From positions 1 to 33,541 of IMG/VR virus record IMGVR_UViG_3300032303_000199: a DNA stretch of 33,541 nt, one strand, 5' to 3'. This DNA is from a virus. Its lineage: Duplodnaviria; Caudoviricetes. Both the position numbers and the translations under genes were made by a program. The notes beneath the pieces are model-generated. The model saw nothing but the letters and a program-made list of their open reading frames with translations, made no database searches and had not been told where the DNA came from. The first letter of the stretch is position 1; each line of letters starts with the position of its first letter. Of this stretch, positions 30,258-33,541 are shown in pieces.

Positions 30258-30977
30258 TTATCTCTTTGCTCTACCTACGCCACCTGATGGAGGCATTTCT
30301 GGTTCTTCAGCAGGAGGTGGAACATCACCCATACCCATATCAGCTTCTTCTTCACCGGCAGCCATACCAGCATCTAATCCTGCGTCCATTCCGGCTTCAG
30401 CACCCATATCTGCACCAGCATCAAATGCAGCATCTACTGCTTGACCAGTTACACCGTTCAACGCATTCTTCAATGCAGCGGTAGATTCTTTTAATGCAGC
30501 AGATAATGTATCTAACTGAGCAGAAACTGCGTCATTGTATGCTTGACTTTCGTTAACACCAATTTCGCTTTCAATGCTAGATACTAATGCAGGTAATTCT
30601 TTAACTTGCATCTGACCTACATCTTCAAGCATCTTCTGTACTTGATCTACCATATCTTGTGCTGCTAGTACAACTTGTGACTTTTCAACTTCTTCATTTT
30701 CAACCATGATTCTTGGCTGCGGAAGTGAACGTAATTCGTTGTAGTGATCACTAAGTGCTTGCTCCATAAACACCAACTTCATATAAGAATTTGATGATTG
30801 ACTATTATGATAATCAGGAGATTGCTTTGATTCACTCAATAAACCACGTACTTTTTGAAGCATGGTGCGGGTAGATGACATGGACATACCATCTACATTG
30901 AATGAAGTTTCATACTGTTCTTTCAATACTTTAGTAGAGAAAGAGCGGCGATTGTGATTTAATTCTGTTAATTTCAT
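30258..30977 (-). CDS. Hypothetical acidic helical protein, possible prohead core/scaffold
   Basis: 239 aa, MKLTEL start, acidic A/G/M-rich tail; TAAATA at 31005-31010. Confidence 0.65.
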   Translation of the reverse strand: MKLTELNHNRRSFSTKVLKEQYETSFNVDGMSMSSTRTMLQKVRGLLSESKQSPDYHNSQSSNSYMKLVFMEQALSDHYNELRSLPQPRIMVENEEVEKSQVVLAAQDMVDQVQKMLEDVGQMQVKELPALVSSIESEIGVNESQAYNDAVSAQLDTLSAALKESTAALKNALNGVTGQAVDAAFDAGADMGAEAGMDAGLDAGMAAGEEEADMGMGDVPPPAEEPEMPPSGGVGRAKR

Positions 30978-31024
30978 AGTTATATTCCAAAGAAGTATAT
31001 AATATATTTATCTTTTTTTTGTTA

Positions 31025-31498
31025 TTATGCGGATTTGTTAAATCGTTTGTCTTGCCAAATTCTAGAACTATTCACATAACCTGCTAATTCGTCAGTTATC
31101 TGCTTGCGTTCTGTCTTTTCTTCACCTAATTTAGCTAAGTAAATTAGTTTTTCTTCTAAGTTTTTAGCCTTTTTTACTAATTTTTGATGCACTTGTATTT
31201 CGCTATCTACACTAGCTAATCTATTGTCTAAATCTAAGATACGATTGGATTCGTATATACTATTACGTTTATCAAAGGTGCACCAGGATACAGCATTTTT
31301 TAATACATTAAATGATTTACTCCCAGCAATGTTGTCTTTTTCTACGGTATAGCAGTCATTGTTTTTTTTAATTGCATATTGATTGAATAGAAAATAAGAA
31401 CCATCTGGTCCTTGAATTATAGTTAATTCGCTTAACTTCTCCATTTCTTGATTGGATATTGTTTTTGTAAATTTGTGTAGTAGTTTGTCGCTTATCAT
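31025..31498 (-). CDS. Hypothetical protein
   Basis: 157-aa ORF with coiled-coil C-terminus, ATGA-coupled. Confidence 0.8.
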   Translation of the reverse strand: MISDKLLHKFTKTISNQEMEKLSELTIIQGPDGSYFLFNQYAIKKNNDCYTVEKDNIAGSKSFNVLKNAVSWCTFDKRNSIYESNRILDLDNRLASVDSEIQVHQKLVKKAKNLEEKLIYLAKLGEEKTERKQITDELAGYVNSSRIWQDKRFNKSA

Positions 31499-31941
31499 TT
31501 GGTTAACACTTTAAAATATATGTTTCTTAGTTCATCACTTGTGTCTAAGAACGTGGGGAGTTGATCCCATTCTGTATTGCATTTAATCATTGGAACACGG
31601 TCACAATCTCTATATAATGCTCCCAATTCGCTCACCCCATCATAAAAAACACTTGGGTGCCGTACCTCAAAATTAAAGGACCAGCAAGGATATGTTTCAT
31701 CTTCTTCTTGCTCAAACAAAAATCCAAAATCTGTAAATTTATCAAATCGTATCAATGTTTTTGCCGGAGTGAGAACATTTTCAGGCTGGCTACGTAATGA
31801 GATAGCTTGTTGCACCGTGTCAAAATTACTTTGTGTATTGCGTTTATAGCGCAATTCCTGATTCATATCTGGACGGTGACGGTTGAGTACATTAGTCTGT
31901 GTAATATCAAATAAGGTATAACAAGTGATTGTGTAACTCAT
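31495..31941 (-). CDS. Hypothetical protein (start MSYTITC)
   Basis: ATG 31941 lies 5 nt after TAAATA; the longer track start crosses a terminator. Confidence 0.75.
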   Translation of the reverse strand: MSYTITCYTLFDITQTNVLNRHRPDMNQELRYKRNTQSNFDTVQQAISLRSQPENVLTPAKTLIRFDKFTDFGFLFEQEEDETYPCWSFNFEVRHPSVFYDGVSELGALYRDCDRVPMIKCNTEWDQLPTFLDTSDELRNIYFKVLTK

Positions 31942-31960
31942 ACTAGTATTTAACAGAGGT

Positions 31961-31992
31961 AAAAAAAACCCTAGAAAATCTAGGGTTCTTTT
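31961..31992 (-). terminator. Rho-independent terminator
   Basis: aaccctaga-aaa-tctagggtt with a long U-tract on the minus strand. Confidence 0.8.
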
Positions 31993-32005
31993 AGACAGAT
32001 ATTGA

Positions 32006-32395
32006 TTAACCTGTGAATGTAGCTGTAGCTGAAGCAACTACTGCATTAGCAGCACCGCCTGCGGTTAAGCCTGCGCGGCATGCAGCTTGCAATGTTGCTG
32101 TAGTCCATGCGCCAACTGGGTACACAGCCATTGCCAATGTATCAGGACCTGCAGTTGTAAACTCATAGATATACACTGTAGCTAATTGTTGTGTAGCTTG
32201 GATGATTAAACTAACTTGAGTACCTGACAATGCACCAGAACTTGCTGCTGTAACTGTAAAGAAGTCTAGTTTAGGACCTTGGGGTTGAACTGTTGCCGCA
32301 GAACTAACTGCATTTGCACCACTGTTTGTGTATGCTGGTGAGTCAAAGTTGATTACCGGTAGAAAGTCACCGTTTGTTTTTGTAAATTGTGCCAT
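32006..32395 (-). CDS. Small A/T-rich putative structural protein (start MAQFTK)
   Basis: Own late promoter (32441-32446), AAGG SD and terminator. Confidence 0.7.
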   Translation of the reverse strand: MAQFTKTNGDFLPVINFDSPAYTNSGANAVSSAATVQPQGPKLDFFTVTAASSGALSGTQVSLIIQATQQLATVYIYEFTTAGPDTLAMAVYPVGAWTTATLQAACRAGLTAGGAANAVVASATATFTG

Positions 32396-32543
32396 TTTGA
32401 AATGCCTTTTAATAAGTTGCAACCTACTGTTGCATGATAGTATTTATATATTTTTTTAAAAAATTAGGTTTTACGGCACTTTTTTAATAATTATTAGGCA
32501 TAAATATCATTATGAAACAAGAAACTTTTTAAAATATTATTTT

Positions 32544-33212
32544 ATGTGTAACTATTGCGGAACCAAACATCATCGGAAGATATATGAAAATCATCACGGA
32601 TCAATTCCAATAGATAATTTTGGAAGAACATATGATATCCATCATTTAGATGGAAATCATTCAAATAATGATCCTATCAATTTAATAGCACTATCTATAC
32701 AGGAACACTATGATATTCATCATAAACAAGATAACTTTGGTGCTTGCATAGCATTGGCAAAAAGAATGAAATTATCTCCTGAAGAACGGTCGGCATTAGC
32801 AAGTAAACAACAATTAGAAAGAAGTAAAAACGGTACACATCATTTTTTAGGAGGATCAGTGGCAAGAACTGTAGTCAAAAAAAGAATAGAAAGTGGAGAA
32901 TTTCAGCGCATGAATAAAGAAACTCAATTAAAAAAAGTAGAAAAAGGTACTCATCCGTTTCTCAAGAAAAATAGAACTTGGGCCGGTGCAACTACATGGG
33001 CCGGCAAAACAGGAAAAGAACATCCTAAGTATGATCACACTATATATCAACTTCAAAATATAGAAGCCGGCGCCATTGTTAACGGAACCAGAAAAGAGTT
33101 GATTAAAGAATTGGGTCTAACTGACAATCATTTATCTAGACTAATTCACAAACGAAATAAATTACAAAAAGGATGGCGATTGTTTAACGACCCTGAAGAT
33201 TCTGCCGACTAA
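32544..33212 (+). CDS. Free-standing HNH endonuclease
   Basis: CNYC, YDIHHLDGNHSNNDPINLIALSIQEHYDIH; GTHHFL/GTHPFL repeats; C-terminal module ending KGWR. Confidence 0.88.
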   Translation: MCNYCGTKHHRKIYENHHGSIPIDNFGRTYDIHHLDGNHSNNDPINLIALSIQEHYDIHHKQDNFGACIALAKRMKLSPEERSALASKQQLERSKNGTHHFLGGSVARTVVKKRIESGEFQRMNKETQLKKVEKGTHPFLKKNRTWAGATTWAGKTGKEHPKYDHTIYQLQNIEAGAIVNGTRKELIKELGLTDNHLSRLIHKRNKLQKGWRLFNDPEDSAD

Positions 33213-33541
33213 AACCCATTCTATCTACAAATTTTAAGCCATTTGATACGAAACCCTCATGTGTTTCTGTGCCATCATCTAAATATCCTTTGACCGGGGA
33301 TTCTTTTGCTGCTTGATTAAGCTGTTCCACAATAGACATTTTTAACTTGTACATCTCTACCCAAATTGTAAATGCCCCTTTAATTGCTTCGGCATTCTGT
33401 TGTAAGTATCCGGGAACTAGTACTTCTTTCTTTGTCTTTGGATCTAATGTAGTGTATCCTAACAATTTCTTACGCATTGGTTCTGTCATGGGTCTAGCTT
33501 TGACAAAATCTATAAATCCCTGTGCTAAATCATTTAAGTTA
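33184..33541 (-). CDS. C-terminal part of a phage protein with EGFV...KFVDRxxFSxxN motif (DUF6267-like), 5' end beyond the window
   Basis: Frame is open from the right edge; THEGFVSNGLKFVDRMGFSRQN. Confidence 0.6.
   Translation of the reverse strand, partial: NLNDLAQGFIDFVKARPMTEPMRKKLLGYTTLDPKTKKEVLVPGYLQQNAEAIKGAFTIWVEMYKLKMSIVEQLNQAAKESPVKGYLDDGTETHEGFVSNGLKFVDRMGFSRQNLQGR

Noticed and set aside
4385-30484. Plus-strand ORFs overlapping minus-strand genes (e.g. 4385, 13956, 26436, 27324, 30266)
   Set aside because: Antisense shadows with no SD, promoter or recognisable motif

Overview
A segment of a large T4-like (myovirus-type) phage genome, mostly late virion-morphogenesis genes on the minus strand. 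It contains a collagen-like fibre that runs off the left edge and is missing from the ORF track, a large acidic putative internal head protein, a gp16-like small terminase, gp4, tail tube paralogues, an enlarged gp18 sheath, gp13, gp14, gp15 and a long fibre with an autocleaving chaperone domain. Interspersed are a dNMP kinase, MazG, NUDIX, a PD-(D/E)XK exonuclease, a host-like IscA and four free-standing HNH/GIY-YIG nuclease genes. TAAATA late-promoter boxes precede most structural genes, and two perfect TTGACA-N17-TATAAT promoters drive small early islands. The most striking unexplained feature is a ~80-nt non-coding element present in two copies (8787-8866 minus, 24491-24569 plus), each directly upstream of an unrelated nuclease gene (HNH and GIY-YIG). 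It shows compensatory base changes in two stems and is bracketed by converging TAAATA boxes. Other notable items: start-occluding hairpins at both early-to-late junctions, leaderless-looking genes, a three-hairpin 5' leader, and an in-frame forward-inverted-forward triplication in mazG. All protein calls come from motif recognition by eye; no database searches were run.
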